Shown: positions 23,912-37,700 of the stretch, in pieces
How positions within the stretch are numbered: the first letter of the stretch is position 1
Layout: each line of letters begins with the position of its first letter
From: Catajapyx aquilonaris
Taxonomy: Eukaryota
DNA: 60,536 bases
Direction: 5' to 3'
NCBI GenBank assembly: GCA_000934665.2
Contig: JYFJ02002320.1
Coordinates: 1 to 60,536, forward strand
Position numbers and translations under genes: made by a program
The notes under the pieces: model-generated
The model's database searches: none
Told to the model about the DNA's origin: nothing
What the model saw: only the letters and a program-made list of their open reading frames with translations

Positions 23912-26900
23912 ATGGACCGCAGCAGATGCCTCCGAGTGCACCTCTGCAAGGACGGGAGCGAGTTCAGCTTCCCCCTGGACGCGGCAGGGGACGTGCGGAG
24001 CGTGACGTGCGAGGACGTCTGCACGGCCGCGGCCAGGTCGCTGCAGATAGGCAATGCGGCCAGGCACCTGTACGGGCTCAGGGACCGCAAGTCGCACCTG
24101 TGGCTGGCTCCCAACCATTCCTTTCAAGGTGAGCTTGCTTGCATCGAGTGTGGCAATCGCACACTCATCGCAACACTTGCAGAGTACAAAGACGAGTCTC
24201 CGAGTGCCTCCCCGTCGTTCGAGTTCCGCCAACGCTTCCGAGTCCCATCGGTTGCCAAGCTGAAGCGTGCGGACTCATTCGCATTTGACTACTACTTCCA
24301 CCAAGTGCGAGAGGACTTTCTGCAAGGATCGATCGCCGGCGTATCAGACGACAAATCGCACGCGCTCGGTCTAGTCACAGCGGACATGTACAGGTAAATT
24401 ACCCACCGAATACCACTGAACTCCGCCTAATTAGACCTATTTCAGAGCGATGCTTGAACGAGGCTTGAAGCGCGAAGAAGTCGAGTCGGACTACAAGCGG
24501 TTTGTACCCCGCGACATCCTCCGTAAAGAGATGATGTTCGTCAACTGGATGGTGCGGAAGAAGCTGGAGACAAGTCTGGCCGAAGTGGAGAAGCACTGCA
24601 AGCGAGATGCATCGTACGTGAAGGCCCAGTACCTGGAGAAAATGGAGGAGATATGTCCCGGGTATCTATCCGAGGAATACAGAGCGCAGGAAGATAAAGG
24701 CAGCGGATGTGCCTGGGTCAAGGTCAAAGTTGAACCCCGAATAGGGCAGGAGCCGGGGATCAAATTAATGCAGCATGGAACAAGTGTCGTAAGTACGACC
24801 AGATTACGAATCATAACGAAGCTAACGAGCTAATTTGCAGTGGGACGAACTCTGCGCTATCGAAGACCTGTGCTCGATATCGATGCGTAACGACTGTACG
24901 GTCGAGATCTCACGTAAGAACGGCATCCCATCGTACCTGAAGTTCAGCTCAACCCCGCAAGTGTACTCGTTCGTCAGCTTATTAGACGGATACTACCGAC
25001 TCATCGAAAAATGGACGTTCAATCTGTGTCGCGAACTTCCGACTCCGTCGCTTCAGAGGCTCAGAGCGCTAAAGAGCCATGGACCAATTAGGTGAGTACC
25101 GCCAGCTCGTTAACGGCCGTTAATAATGCGGACCATTTGCAGCGGCGAGTTTTCCTATACGAAGCTGAAAGAGAAGCGAGACTACCGTTTGGGCTCCTTC
25201 ATATTGCGAGAGAGCAACAATTACGACGAGTACTTTATCGACGTATGCCATCGAGACAGGTACGGCTTGGAAGCGCCGATCGAAGCGCCAGATGTAAATC
25301 GCATTGTTCGCAGGCACAAGCCGATAACGCACTGCATCCGGCTGAATCCGGACGGACGCTACTACTTCACAGACGGCGAGAGCGTGACGTACACTTCAAT
25401 CGCCGAGTTGTTACTATCGCATCGGAACGTGGACGAAGATAAGCAATTCGCCGAGTGCCTTCCGCCGTCAGAATATGGTATGACTCGTAACTTCGATGTC
25501 GATGCGATAATGCCAGTTACTTTTCAGACAAATCGTCGCTGCTTTTGTGTCTTCCCGAGTCGAAAGAGGTCCAACCGGGTATTGTCGGAGTTGCTCGGGA
25601 CAGTCAAGCGCCACAGTGCGTGTCGACACGTAGCCTTCAAATCTACAGAGGGAAAGGCTTGGAACTGAGCGGACGGATGTGTACGGTACACCGAGCAATG
25701 TGGAAGCCTCCTAATGGGACAGTCCGACGTGAAGTTGCGTTAAAGGTTCGCACTTTTTATTTGGTTATGAAGCGTGGAAATGTACCGATGCGATTTTTTC
25801 AGGTGCTGAAGTCGGAGCATCGTCAGAAGCACGGGAAGGAATTTCTCGAGCTTCTAAACCGTGCGGTTTTCTGGAATGGCAACGGGCTTGTTTGTTCATT
25901 CGGCGTGGTTTTAGCCTCGCCGTTAGCTCTAGTCAGCGAGTTTCTACCGTTAGGGCGGCTTGATTTGTATCTCCAAGGGCAGAGACGGACACATGGGCCG
26001 ACCCAGGGGCAGAACATGGAGCCGGACCAGGTCGAGCTGGTGGATTTAGTCGAAGCGGCCGCACATTTATCCAGAGCATTACGGTAAATTTACATGCGAC
26101 TATGAAAACGTGTGTCTAACCGCACATTAATGTAGGTATCTACATGAAGATCAGATGATGTCGCATGGGAAGATCCGATGCCAGAAAGTCCTAGTTGCGG
26201 CCCATACCGACTCGGAATTTAGGGTCAAACTGGCCGACCCCGGATTGTCCCCGTTTGATATTACGGAAGCGTAAGTTTAAAACGGACGTCAAATTGTGCC
26301 GATTTAATCACCTGATTTTTCCATAGAGTTCATTGGATTCCGCCTGAGCTTCACGCCTCTCCGAGTCTCGCTCGCTACTCGACGTCCTCTGACATTTGGG
26401 CGTACGGTACGCTCCTTTGGGAGATGTTCTCGTACGGACGGAAGCCGTGGGAAGCCTGGACAGATTCGGCCGGAAGCAGCGATGACGCGAAGAAATTTGT
26501 GGCGTTTTACGCTCGAGGCGGTCGCCTCCTTTGTCCCGAGTCATGCCCGCAGGAGATTTACCAGCTGATGCGCGAATGCTGGGTGCATGAACCGCAAGCG
26601 CGGAAGCAACCGCAGGCGATCATGCGGGACGTTAACCAAATGCTATACTCTGGTAAGACCATCGCATTATGTCGACTGCCACGATTTTAATCATTGCGAT
26701 TGCAGTGTTCAACTCGAGACAGAAGCATTCGTATGCGACGGTGTATCCGCAAGTGAGCGACTCGGATACGACCGAGGACGTGCAGGAAGTGGACGACCAG
26801 CTTTTCAGCACAGCAACCGCGTCCAGTTTCCTAACTGACGACACATGTACGCTCGATTTTAAAACAAATCCGATTGCGCTGTTACGATCAGGCATTTTCA

Positions 26901-28222
26901 GATGCGGAAAATGCGGCTAGTCAGGATTTGCTGGGGAGTCTCGGATCCAGCGCGGCTCCGTGGATGGACTTTTATGGCGAGCAATTGAAGAACGGGACGA
27001 CGACGCCATCGGGCGTGTCGTCCATCTTGTCGCATATGAACTTTAATGGAAGTTCGCTCTCGTTGGACTCGATGGCTTCGATGCAAGAGATTTTCCTGCT
27101 TGAGAACTCGCAGGTTGAGGTCTACAGCAATCAGACGTTAGGCGAGGTTAGTCGCGAGGTCAAGCGCGAGGTCAAGCGTGGTGAGTCGGAATTGAACTTC
27201 CCCGATATTTTCAGGGCTTTTACGGCAAAGTGTATCGCGGCGTTCTGAAGCAAAATGACGAGCTGGTGGCGGTTGCCGTGAAGAAACTGAAGGATCACGG
27301 AATGAGCTCCGGACTTCAGGACCTTCAGCGCGAGATAGCGATCATGAAGGTACGCCCCTCCGAAGTTATTCAATCGCATTTTTTAAATGACTCCCTCGAT
27401 TTTGCAGTCTCTGCGTCATCCGAACATTGTCGAGATCAAAGGAATGGTGGAGGATCCGGAGACGCTTCTGGTGATGGAGTTTGTCCCGCAAGGTTCGCTT
27501 CTGGCGTATCTGCGGATCAACCGGGATTCGCTGACGAACCAGCAGCTTCTCAAGTTTGCACTGGACGTTTCCGAGGTGCTTAACGTACTCGCATATTTAG
27601 TGGACATGTAGATATCCATAGGGTGTTTCGTGCAGCTAATTAAGTTCAATGGATTTTAATGAACACGTCGCATTGGCAGGGCATGGAGTACCTCGGAAAG
27701 CGGAACATAGTCCATCGCGACTTGGCCGCTCGGAACATACTAGTCGTGAGCGAGGACCAAGTGAAGATATCGGACTTCGGCTTGGCGCAATTTGTCGGAA
27801 GCAACCACTACTATGTCATGAAGACCGAACGAGACCTTCCGCTACGGTGCGTACATACATGTTTAATTGATAGCCTCAATCCCGTCATGATGTAACGAGA
27901 TTACTTTCCATGCAGATGGTACGCCCCCGAGAGCATCCGTTTCGGCCGGTTTTCAACCCAATCGGACGTGTGGTCATACGGCGTTACGCTGTACGAAATG
28001 TTCAGTCGCGGTGAAGAGCCCAGCTTGCCTCGAGGCGGAGACAGTGCCAAAGATGAGACGGAAGTGGATATGCTGGAACGAGGAGTACGCCTCGGATGCC
28101 ACAGGCGATGTCCGGGCGAAGTGTACGCCAAAATTATGCTTCCGTGTTGGGAAGCCGATTCGCATGCGAGACCCACGTTCACTCGACTGAAGGCTCTCGT
28201 ACAAGAGGTGAACGATATGTGA
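23912..28222 (+). CDS. JAK: Janus kinase (hopscotch/JAK): FERM, SH2-like, pseudokinase and tyrosine kinase
   Basis: [38 protein letters not shown]2: GSFILRES. Pseudokinase: [18 protein letters not shown]. Kinase: [37 protein letters not shown] activation loop, [14 protein letters not shown]. About 16 GT-AG exons. Confidence 0.95.
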
Positions 28223-28513
28223 CAGTACGACTGAAAGCGTAGCGCGAAAAGTCCTGCGGACATCCTACGGATATCTCCAGTGGATATTTCGATATCCATA
28301 GGACGTTGCTGTGCTATTGTTGGACGGACCCATTTTATTTGGTTATGGAATAAATTTGTACGTATTCGGGTTCGTTAAAAGAGAAGGTACATAATGAGCT
28401 GATTTATTACACCCAATACAATGAGTATTACCCTGAACGGTCTCGGATAAAACGGTGCAACATACTTTTCATGATGAAACGCCCCCCACATTAAATTAAC
28501 ATCCTGAACATAA

Positions 28514-30693
28514 TTACGGACTTTCCGGCTTCATTAACTGCACGGTGATTACTAGTGCGGGTTCGGTGCTGTCCATCGTCTGCCTGCAAACCTGCGCGTG
28601 TTGCCAGGCCACAGCGCCCTTGCCCTTTGACATGATGGCCTTGACCTCAATCGACTCGGACCCCTTAACGTCATCCAAATTGTGCGTTCCTGATGTCGCA
28701 AGTCTCGTGCAGAATTCCCCGCAGCAGACGATCCAACTGACCATTCCGTCTTCGAACACCGTGTGGCTTAAGGTCAGCTGGACGGAAGAAATGACCACTC
28801 CGGTGCCCTCGCAGCTGACCTTCCAGCAGACCATACCGCGCTTGCTTCCCTCTGTAAATTAACCCCGGGTTGTAATTAATCGGTACGTAAATCGCAAGTC
28901 GTACGTACCTGTCCTTGCTAAGTACGCGACGCCCCAATCGTGCTCCTCTTTTCGGAACACATTGTCCAACTCGTACACGCCGTTGACCCAACCCTGCACC
29001 GCTTGGTTCCCGTGCACATACTTGTCCGTAGCCGCACAGTACTCTAGTTTAAACTGTAGCGACTGTAGTTCGCCCAGCGTCGGACGCCAGGTGTACGGCT
29101 GTAGCGTACTAGTTGGAGTCCCGCCTAATAGTCCACGAGGAACGCCGGCTTCTCCACGTGCTTGTCGCCATTGAAGCGAACCTGTCGTGCGTCCCTGGTA
29201 CTCCAAACGTGGCTTTCCGGAAGGAGACAGGAACTCTGCAAGTTCACGAGCGGTGCGATCCAACACCTGCGTACGCCTGAAAAAACTGCCGTTAAATTGT
29301 GACCAGTTCATGTACGGTGTCAGTACCTCTCGGTCGAAGCGCCTTCGATGTACACATTCCGGCGTCTCGTAATCTCATCAAGTAGCCACTCTTCCGGTAC
29401 CACGTTACGTCGCTCCCTAGCCGCATTGTAGTCCGACACGTACCGCCAAGTAACATCCTGTACGTCGTCATGCGCAAATGCGATTACGTACGACAGCTTC
29501 TTGCCCCAACCTTGCTCGTACAATAGCGGCTGGTCATACACACATTCGCACGGATCAAGATGTACCCATCGGCCTAACGATGCGGAGTACACCTCGGTCC
29601 AAACGTGATCATTCCAGTCGTACACATACCTGGGAAGAAACGGAATTTAGTCAACCGTTGTTGTACAATGTACGGCGCTTACCTAACGTCATATCCAATC
29701 GCTCGACACATTAGCGTGAAGCAATTAGCCCACTCGCCGCATCGTCCTTTTCTAGTCTCCAAAAGCTTCACCGGATCGTTAAACCTCGGGAACCGCTGCG
29801 TGTCTCCGCATGTTCCGCATACATATCGTTCAACACGTGTGGCTCCGTACTGAAGTTCCTCCGAAGTCGGCGGCACCATTCCGACGTCGCCCGCTCCGGA
29901 AGCTGCGTCTCCTTGCCCTTTACATTTGGGACAAGCCGGACGGTCCACCCAGGCGAAGAACTCGCGCTTGAACCAGCCGAGAAGCGACTTCAGGACGGCA
30001 TCATTCTCATGTGTCGCGTTGAGCACGTTCGGCGGGATATGTCGCAAGGCAAGTTCCTGCAGGGTTTTTAACTCGTAACGGCGAACGAGCGATTCGGAGA
30101 CGTCCATGTGGTGCAGAAACTGCGCCTTTGCGTCCTGCAATTAGCGGATTATTAATACAATTACGGTGACAGTCCGGTTGAAGCGTCACCTCTTCTTTGG
30201 ACAGAGCCGAAGCCATAACCGGTGGCGGAGACGTCACCAGCGGCGTCGACATGGCAGGAGTCTCCACAGTGGCCGATGCCGTCACGACCGGCGATTCCTG
30301 CGTGACTTCCCCAACCGTTTCCGTCCTACAAACGAGACGGTTAGCATCCGGTACACCGGTAATGACAAGCGATTATCCATTTACCTACCCCTGCGCCTTG
30401 TCCCTCTTCTCCTGTATCTGCTGATACACAACCTTGACCTTATCCAGCGGCGCGTCCGACGGCAGCACCAGCGAGTCCTCCCCCTCGTGGAACCCCATCT
30501 CGAACAGGCAATCCAGTCCGCCCATTGCAGGCATCAGCTTGGCCTCCACCGTCGGGTTGGCCAGACGCACCGAGCGGTACCGCTGGTTGGAAGGGTCCCG
30601 CAGGATGTTGCCGGAGAGGCGCAGGAGGACGGAGCTGGCCTCCAGGAACACGTCCAGGGGGTTCTCGCAAAGGTCCAGGACGCACTGGAGCAT
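28514..30693 (-). CDS. NGLY1: Peptide:N-glycanase (PNGase) with PUB, transglutaminase-like core and PAW domain
   Basis: PUB domain [19 protein letters not shown]. Zinc sites CPKC and CGTC. Catalytic triad in [19 protein letters not shown] and HLDPCE. Also [14 protein letters not shown] and [27 protein letters not shown]. Confidence 0.95.
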
Positions 30694-31817
30694 CTTTCCC
30701 TCTCGATTCAGGACGCACAGGGAAGAGCCTGATGAAGCGGACACGAAGAAGGAATTTGTCAGAAATACATAGAATAATAAATACCCAAGTAGCACGAATA
30801 GCCCTGGAATATCCCATGGATATCCACTGAATCGCCACTGGATATTTGGATATCCATGGGATATTCCAGGGTGATTCGTGCTACTTGGGTAAGAAGTACT
30901 TAAATAGTTATTTAGTTTTTATCAGTTTTATTACAGTTATTATATCATTAGTTTATTATGGTTATTAGTTCACTGATTATCTATTAATTGTTATTATTAG
31001 GTATTAATCATAATTAATAACTTCACTGTAAGGCTGAGGGACGTTCCATTCACATTCTGATAGTCTTAAGCCCGTTCCTGTTGACATGAACTTACACGGT
31101 TTTTTCTTTTTGACGTGGAGACGTTCACGTCAGTTGCGTCAACTATGTGGAATTATTTTTCTTCGTTTTGAGCTCTATTAATTATTAAATTAATTTTTCT
31201 TTTTCCTCTCCAAATTTTTCACAGCGTCACGGACGCCGCCATCTTGGAAATCGAACGTCAGCATTAAATTTTTTTTCCAGTGAAAGTTCAACCAATTGTA
31301 TTTTAATCGTTCATAATTATGATATAGTAATGTTACTAAAAGTAATTAAATAAATTTTTAGTGTTTAAATGTCATTAGTTGTAAAAATGTGCTGATTAAT
31401 GATTCGGCCCTAAAATGTAGCTATGCACGTAACGGCTACATTAGCTATTGATGCTGTCCCAGTTAATTTTTTTAAAACACAAAGCTTCTGTATGTAATTT
31501 CATAATTTAAATAATGTAATTTTTTTGGAGCTTCCAACCGTTTCTTATGGCGTGTGTTTTTGCGCACTTATGGCGAGTCAATTACTTTTAGAGTATTAAT
31601 CCAGCGGACATGTTTGCTGTGTTTGCTACATGTAACTAATACTCGCAGTGTGATAGCCAGTTACTCTTTTCTTAATCTGGCAACCCTTGAACCCGGCCCC
31701 TCTCTCTCCTTCACCTGGCCACCCTGTCCGGCCATTACACAGCTTCTTTTTCTCCGAGTGTCGTTCCAAGCCGAAGAAAGTTTTCCTCTCCAGACAAAAG
31801 CCACAGGAAGAACAACA
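30694..31817. promoter_or_regulatory. Divergent promoter region NGLY1 / PSMA4
   Basis: Head-to-head ATGs about 1.1 kb apart. GCCGCCATCTTGG (YY1-like) at about 31235. Confidence 0.5.
30784..30889. mobile_element. Palindromic MITE (106 bp, CCC/GGG termini, TA flanks)
   Basis: cccaagtagcacgaat..ccctggaatatcccatggatatcca is inverted against tggatatccatgggatattccaggg..attcgtgctacttggg. Degenerate relatives lie at about 27600-27640 and 28258-28310. Confidence 0.8.
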
Positions 31818-32072
31818 ATGGTGAGGGTTCCATTCGGTGGTCTGAAGTTCACGCTCAAACAATACTCGAAAACATCTAACTAGAGCACTTTGAACCAACT
31901 TGTAATAATTATATTGTTGTAATGACATTTTTTACGTGCTATTATTGTAATGGTCGCAATGACTTTATGGACTGTTCATAATTGCTATGTATATTTTTTT
32001 TACACTCTCCAGGCTCGACGATATGACACTCGAACTACCATCTTCTCCCCAGAAGGTAATACAAAACACAGG

Positions 32073-32104
<32 letters not shown>

Positions 32105-32414
32105 CAATAATAATTGGGTATAGGCGTACCCCTATTGAGGTCTTGCCGGACCTTTATTAATCGTCAGATACAATGGGATCCTATTTATACAGCGCCCGGG
32201 CCCACGGGCAGGAAGGGGATGTGCAAGTGCAGTGCCTTGTCCGCATGTGGTCGTTTTGTGAGCTCCCCCGGGTGGATTAGTCTGTGGATATTCCACCCGA
32301 GACGAAGTCAGAGACGACATTTTACTCTGCACGAGATGAAGGGGGTGTCCCCGGGCCGGGATCGAACCCAGGACCTTAACATCTGTGGGCGCCGTTGCGC
32401 CACTTCGCCTCCCC

Positions 32415-32446
<32 letters not shown>

Positions 32447-34131
32447 GTTCGGTATGTATATGTACTTGATGAAACGGGAAGTTTGTTTCCCTGACCATGG
32501 CAACAGGCAAAACTTGTGTGTCCATTGCAACGGACATAGAAGCAGGCAAAGTTTGTGTGTCCATTGCAACGGGCATGGCAACAGGGAAAGTTTGTGTGTC
32601 CATTGCAACGGACATGGCAACAGGCGAGGTTTGTGTGTCCATTGCAACGGACATGGCAGCAGGCAATGTTTGTGTGTCCATTGCAACGGACATGGCATCA
32701 GGCAAAGTTTGTGTGTCCATTGCAACGGACATGGCATCAGGCAAAGTTTGTGTGTCCATTGCAACGGACATGGCAGCAGGCAAGGTTTGTGTGTCCATTG
32801 CAACGGACATGGCAGCAGGCAAGGTTTGTGTGTCTATGGCAACGGACATGGCAACAAGCAGTTTTTTTTTGCATGTCCATGGCAACAGGCAGTTGTTTGT
32901 CCACGTCATAGGACATGGCAACATGCCTCTGTGCCATCGAACCGAGAAAACTGGCTCCGAATAATGGGCTCTGCTGCTAGTAGCTAATAATTATAGCCAG
33001 AATAATGATAAATAATAAGCAAACGGGATTAAAAATAATGGTGATTAATAAAAACGTGTGGGGTTGACGATTGCAAAGTGTTACGATGCAAATTGGTCAT
33101 ACAGAAAGTGACTGCAGAATTATTCCAAACCGGATTTTACATGGGTAATTGCTACTTTGTGCTATCCGAGCGTCATGTCTTTGTTAATTAGTGATTAATT
33201 TTTTCGGCTTCAGGACGTTTGTACCAAGTTGAGTATGCGATGGAGGCGATAGGACACGCCGGCACTTGCCTCGGCATCCTTGCAAAGGACGGTATCGTCC
33301 TTGCTGCTGAGAAGAGGAACACCAACATCTTGTTGGATGATGTCTTCTTTTCCGAGAAGATCTACAAGCTTAACGAGTACGGTTTTTTTCATTCATGGGA
33401 TCCTAGAGTGCGTTTAATCTGACATTTTATTTTTTTTGTTCGATTAGGGACATGGTGTGTAGCGTCGCTGGAATAACTTCAGATGCGAACGTGCTGACCA
33501 ACGAGCTTCGTCTGATTGCCCAACGCTACCTGCTCCAGTACGGCGAATCCATCCCATGCGAACAGCTGGTCAGTTGGCTCTGCGACATCAAACAGGCTTA
33601 CACGCAGTACGGCGGGAAGAGGCCGTTCGGCGTCTCCATCCTATACATGGGTTGGGACAAGCACTACGGGTACCAGCTGTACCAGAGTGACCCAAGTGGA
33701 AATTACGGCGGATGGAAGGCCACTTGCATCGGAAACAACAGCGCCGTAAGTCAACCCGCAAGAAATCATCCATCCAATATTTGACATGTTTCCATTCCAG
33801 GCTGCAGTCTCGCAGCTTAAGCAGGAATACAAGGAGGATACAATTACCTTGAAGGAGGCACAGGGATTAGCCATCAAGGTTCTCAGCAAGACGCTGGACA
33901 TGACCAAAGTCTCGCCGGATAAAGGTACTCGCATTGCCGTTCGCAATGCGGCGCACAGAACGTAATCGTTACAACTTTTCTCTCGCAGTTGAGATGGCGA
34001 CGCTCGTTCGCGAGAACAACAAGACCGTCATCAAAATCCTGCCGTCTAGCGAAGTGGCCTCTCTAATTGGCGAGCATGAAAAGGCCGAGGCGGAGTTGGA
34101 GGCCAGTAAGCGGGATGAGAAAAGCCAATAG
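31818..34131 (+). CDS. PSMA4: Proteasome subunit alpha type-4 (20S alpha3)
   Basis: ATG|gtgagg at 31818, then [15 protein letters not shown] (32013-32055), [23 protein letters not shown].., [38 protein letters not shown], and SQLKQEYK. Stop at 34131. Confidence 0.96.
32114..32415 (-). mobile_element. tRNA-derived SINE (copy B) inserted in an (AAT)n tract
   Basis: Minus-strand head AGGGGAGG..TGGCGCAACGG (A box)..GGTTCGATCCC (B box). Shares GTGCAAGTGCAGTG and GTCAGAGAC with copy A. Flanked by (aat)n on both sides. Confidence 0.75.
32490..32925. repeat. 39-bp tandem array (about 9-10 copies) in a PSMA4 intron
   Basis: Unit catggca(a/g/t)caggcaaagtttgtgtgtccattgcaacgga. Confidence 0.95.
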
Positions 34132-34763
34132 ATGTCAATTTCCACTTTGAAGTTATTTTTTTTGGAGGGTGTGGGCAGATTGTGTGAGTTTTTTTTTTTT
34201 TAAGAATAAAAAGTAATGAGTACAACTGTTTTTTTTTTTTTGTGTGTACGACATCTTGCGCTTGGTTGTGGTAGTTAACGAGGCCTGAATCGATATTTTT
34301 ATTGCCTGCGAAACCTTTATTAAACCATTTACAACAAGGGTTTAATGCGCACTGTAACAAAACAACTTCACGCAGCAGTCATTCTAGTGCATCACGAAAC
34401 ATTGCAATAACTATCACTCGGGCTATTACGCAAGTGCTGCAATTAAAAACGTGAGCTGGACGGACTTAAGAGACTCGATTAATTTTCTAATACTTGCCAA
34501 ACATGCTAAACACAGTACGTAACTTGAGCGTAATTTTGTGCTACACTACTAGAGCTGTAAATACAAATACTTGTAATTAACTGGTGCAATGCAATTTTTT
34601 TGGCCCATCAGTTCATACCATTATAACTCATCAGGCTTTTGAGTCAATTGGCTCGTACGTCAGCATGAAATTGTAGAAACGCTTACGATGTCATTACCTG
34701 TTAAAACGTGTGCGTTGTGTTAAAAATCTGCCGTCAGCTTTTTGGAAGTGTTTGTTGAGTTAA

Positions 34764-37700
34764 TTACATGGGATCTGGTGTCCCGGGAATGTAAGCAGAC
34801 TTTGGATGCGGATTTCCGAGTCTCGCACTTGGCGGAGGGCTTTGAGATAGTTCGTGACTTGGTTTGAATGGGTTGTACTGCGGTGGAGTTCTGGGCTTCG
34901 GTGTTTCCTTAGGAGGTGGCGGAGGTATTACGGGCTTCGGTCGTGTCCTTTTCGGCTTCTCAGGCTCGTTCTCTGTCTCTCGCACTTGTTTGGTGCTTTT
35001 CTTTATGGGAACTTCGTCTTCGCTTTTACTGAGCCCCAAAGACTTGGCCATCCCCCGACACTTTTCGATCAGCTGCTCTTGCATCAGGTTCAAGCACATG
35101 GATACCAGTGCCATTCCTGTATTGAACGTAACTCGTTATAAAAAGCTTCGGATTTTAAAAGCGCAGTGTATCATACCCAGCAGTACGTAGATGACAGTTC
35201 CCAGCATCTGCATAGCCGCAGATATAGACGCCTTGTCCTCCATAAAGCTGCAACAAATGTCCAATCATGAAACGGACATTATCAAGCCATTATAACTGAC
35301 CTCTTTCTTCCTGGAACCAAGTCTCCGAGTCCTATCGTGGACAGGGTGATGTAAGTGAAGTACACGGCTGTTGTCATGGTCCAGCCTTCGGTCCAGGTGA
35401 AAATTGCCCCTCCGAGCATTATGTAGAAGAAGATTAGGACCAGGTTGAGCATGATCGGTACAGAGACGTCCTTGGTGGGCATGTACGCTTCTTCCCCGAT
35501 CTCTTCCTCGCTCAGCTTTGGAAGACCTGCCTTCCCTCCGGACATCTCCGTCAGTCGACGTTTCGCTCGACACCACCGGCAACACAGGCGGCTGGAAGAG
35601 TCAAACTGTGCTTTGGTCTCTTTTTTAACGCAACTTGTATGATCTCTGTTCATAGTAAACATTTGCAAGAAGTTGTTGCAAGCGGTTATACTAAGTAAGT
35701 ACAGTATACATATCCAATTGAAATTATTCGTTTTAAAATCTTTGGTGCAACCCAGTGAAACAATTTTTGGAAACAAGTTGCTTTCGAGCGCTACTTTTGC
35801 AAGAAATTAAATGAACAGTTATATTTAAATTTATTTATTATTTTGTTTATTCATTAATGAATTTTTTTTCATTTTTTATATATTTGTTTACATATTTTTC
35901 ATGTATTAATTTATTTGTTTACATATTTTTCATGTATTAATTTATTTGTTTACATGTTTTTCATGTATTAATTTATTCGTTTACATATTTTTCATTTATT
36001 AATTTATTCGTTTACATATTTTTCATTTATTAATTTATTAATTTATTTCTGTTTCTATATTTATTTATTTTAATATTCATTTCTCAATATAATTTTCTAT
36101 ATTCAGAATGAATTTATTTGTTCATTCGTTTGTTTGTTCAATACGCTGATTTGTTTACTGTTCTATTTATGTGTTTATTTATAATTTATTTTATACATTT
36201 TTTTGTTGCTATATATTAATAAATAAAGTGATTTCCCTGCATGGCTTTCCCCACTCTCTGTAACTGACCGTTAAAGAGCGTGCCGCTGTTTATACTGTGT
36301 GTGTGTGCCTGTTATAATATATTAATAATAAACTCTGGTCGAACTTCCCTGTTAAATAATTGAAGTTGTCGACATGGCTTGCGCACGTGAGAATGTAACC
36401 ATTTTTCGTAACGACTTTGTATATCCATCATATGTAATACTCGAGAGAGGCAAAATGTGCAGACGAAAGCAAGATTCGCGGAAGATAAGACGCACGTAAC
36501 CTCGCATTGATTTTGAGCTCCAAACTTAATGACGCCAATAGTATGTATTACCAAGGCATGCGAAAGAAACATTCGTCATCGTAGTGCTGCTTGGTCACGA
36601 TATTTTTTTGGTTGCATGTGACCAATCACACGAGTGCAAACTTTGGCTAATTTGCACACTCTCATTTTATGCAAAGATATAATAAATTATGCAATTCGAT
36701 TTTGATTTTTTTAAAAATCTGGCTGACCGGCAGTCATACCATGCCGCTGACATAGATGGCGCTCTGCACGATACTGCCACTCTCAGGGTCGTGCGGAGGA
36801 TAGTGGCACTATACATGCATATATCTATCAGAGCGATGGTGACTCGCCGCACCTAGCAGTATTGGTGCGGTCACCCAAAAGCCATATACAGATGACACTA
36901 TACCTATACCCCGGTACTGACGATGATGACTCTCTCTCTCTCTCCCCGGACAAACAAACAGACATTCGCGGATACTCTTGCATCATCCCCGCCTGCTTCC
37001 TACACCTGCTGATCGTCGTATCAACGTGAAAATAATGAAAGTGTCGTAATATACCTGTACGAGTAGGTGAATGTGCTGGCCATGCTGTCGCCAATGTTGG
37101 CCAGGAAGACCAGAAGTAGAGGAATCCCAACCATGGAGTAGATGATGCAGAACAGCCGACCGTACAGCGTTACCGGGTAGATATGACCGTATCCTGCAGA
37201 AGAGACGACGAGGTACGAAATATTAAGTTGCCCAACCCGTTCTCGTCTCAACAGTCATAAATTGGAACTAATATATATATATATATCCGATGAAATTATA
37301 CCTAATAAATAGCAGATAAATTATAACTAATATATTGCCGATGAATGTCCTTTCGATGAATGGATGAATGGCCTAATGGGGGGGGGGAAACTAATAAATA
37401 GCAGATAAATTATAACTAATATCTTGCTGATGAAATTATAACTAATATTATTGCTGATGAAATTATAACTAATATGCTGTATAGATAATAAAATTACAGC
37501 TACTAAAGAAACTGATAAACAGCTGATGAAATTATACTTAATAAATAGCCGATAAAATTCTACCTCATAAATAGCTGATAAAGTATAACTAATATTTAGT
37601 CAATGAAATTGTAACTAATATTTAGCCAATGAAATTATAACTACTAAATAACCGATCTGATAAAGTACTAAATAACCCCTATGGTCATTGACAAATAGCC

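Noticed and set aside
32132..32987. Cys/His-rich repeat proteins (CVHCNGH)n
   Set aside because: These are a 39-bp intronic minisatellite that is open in most frames; they lie within a PSMA4 intron.
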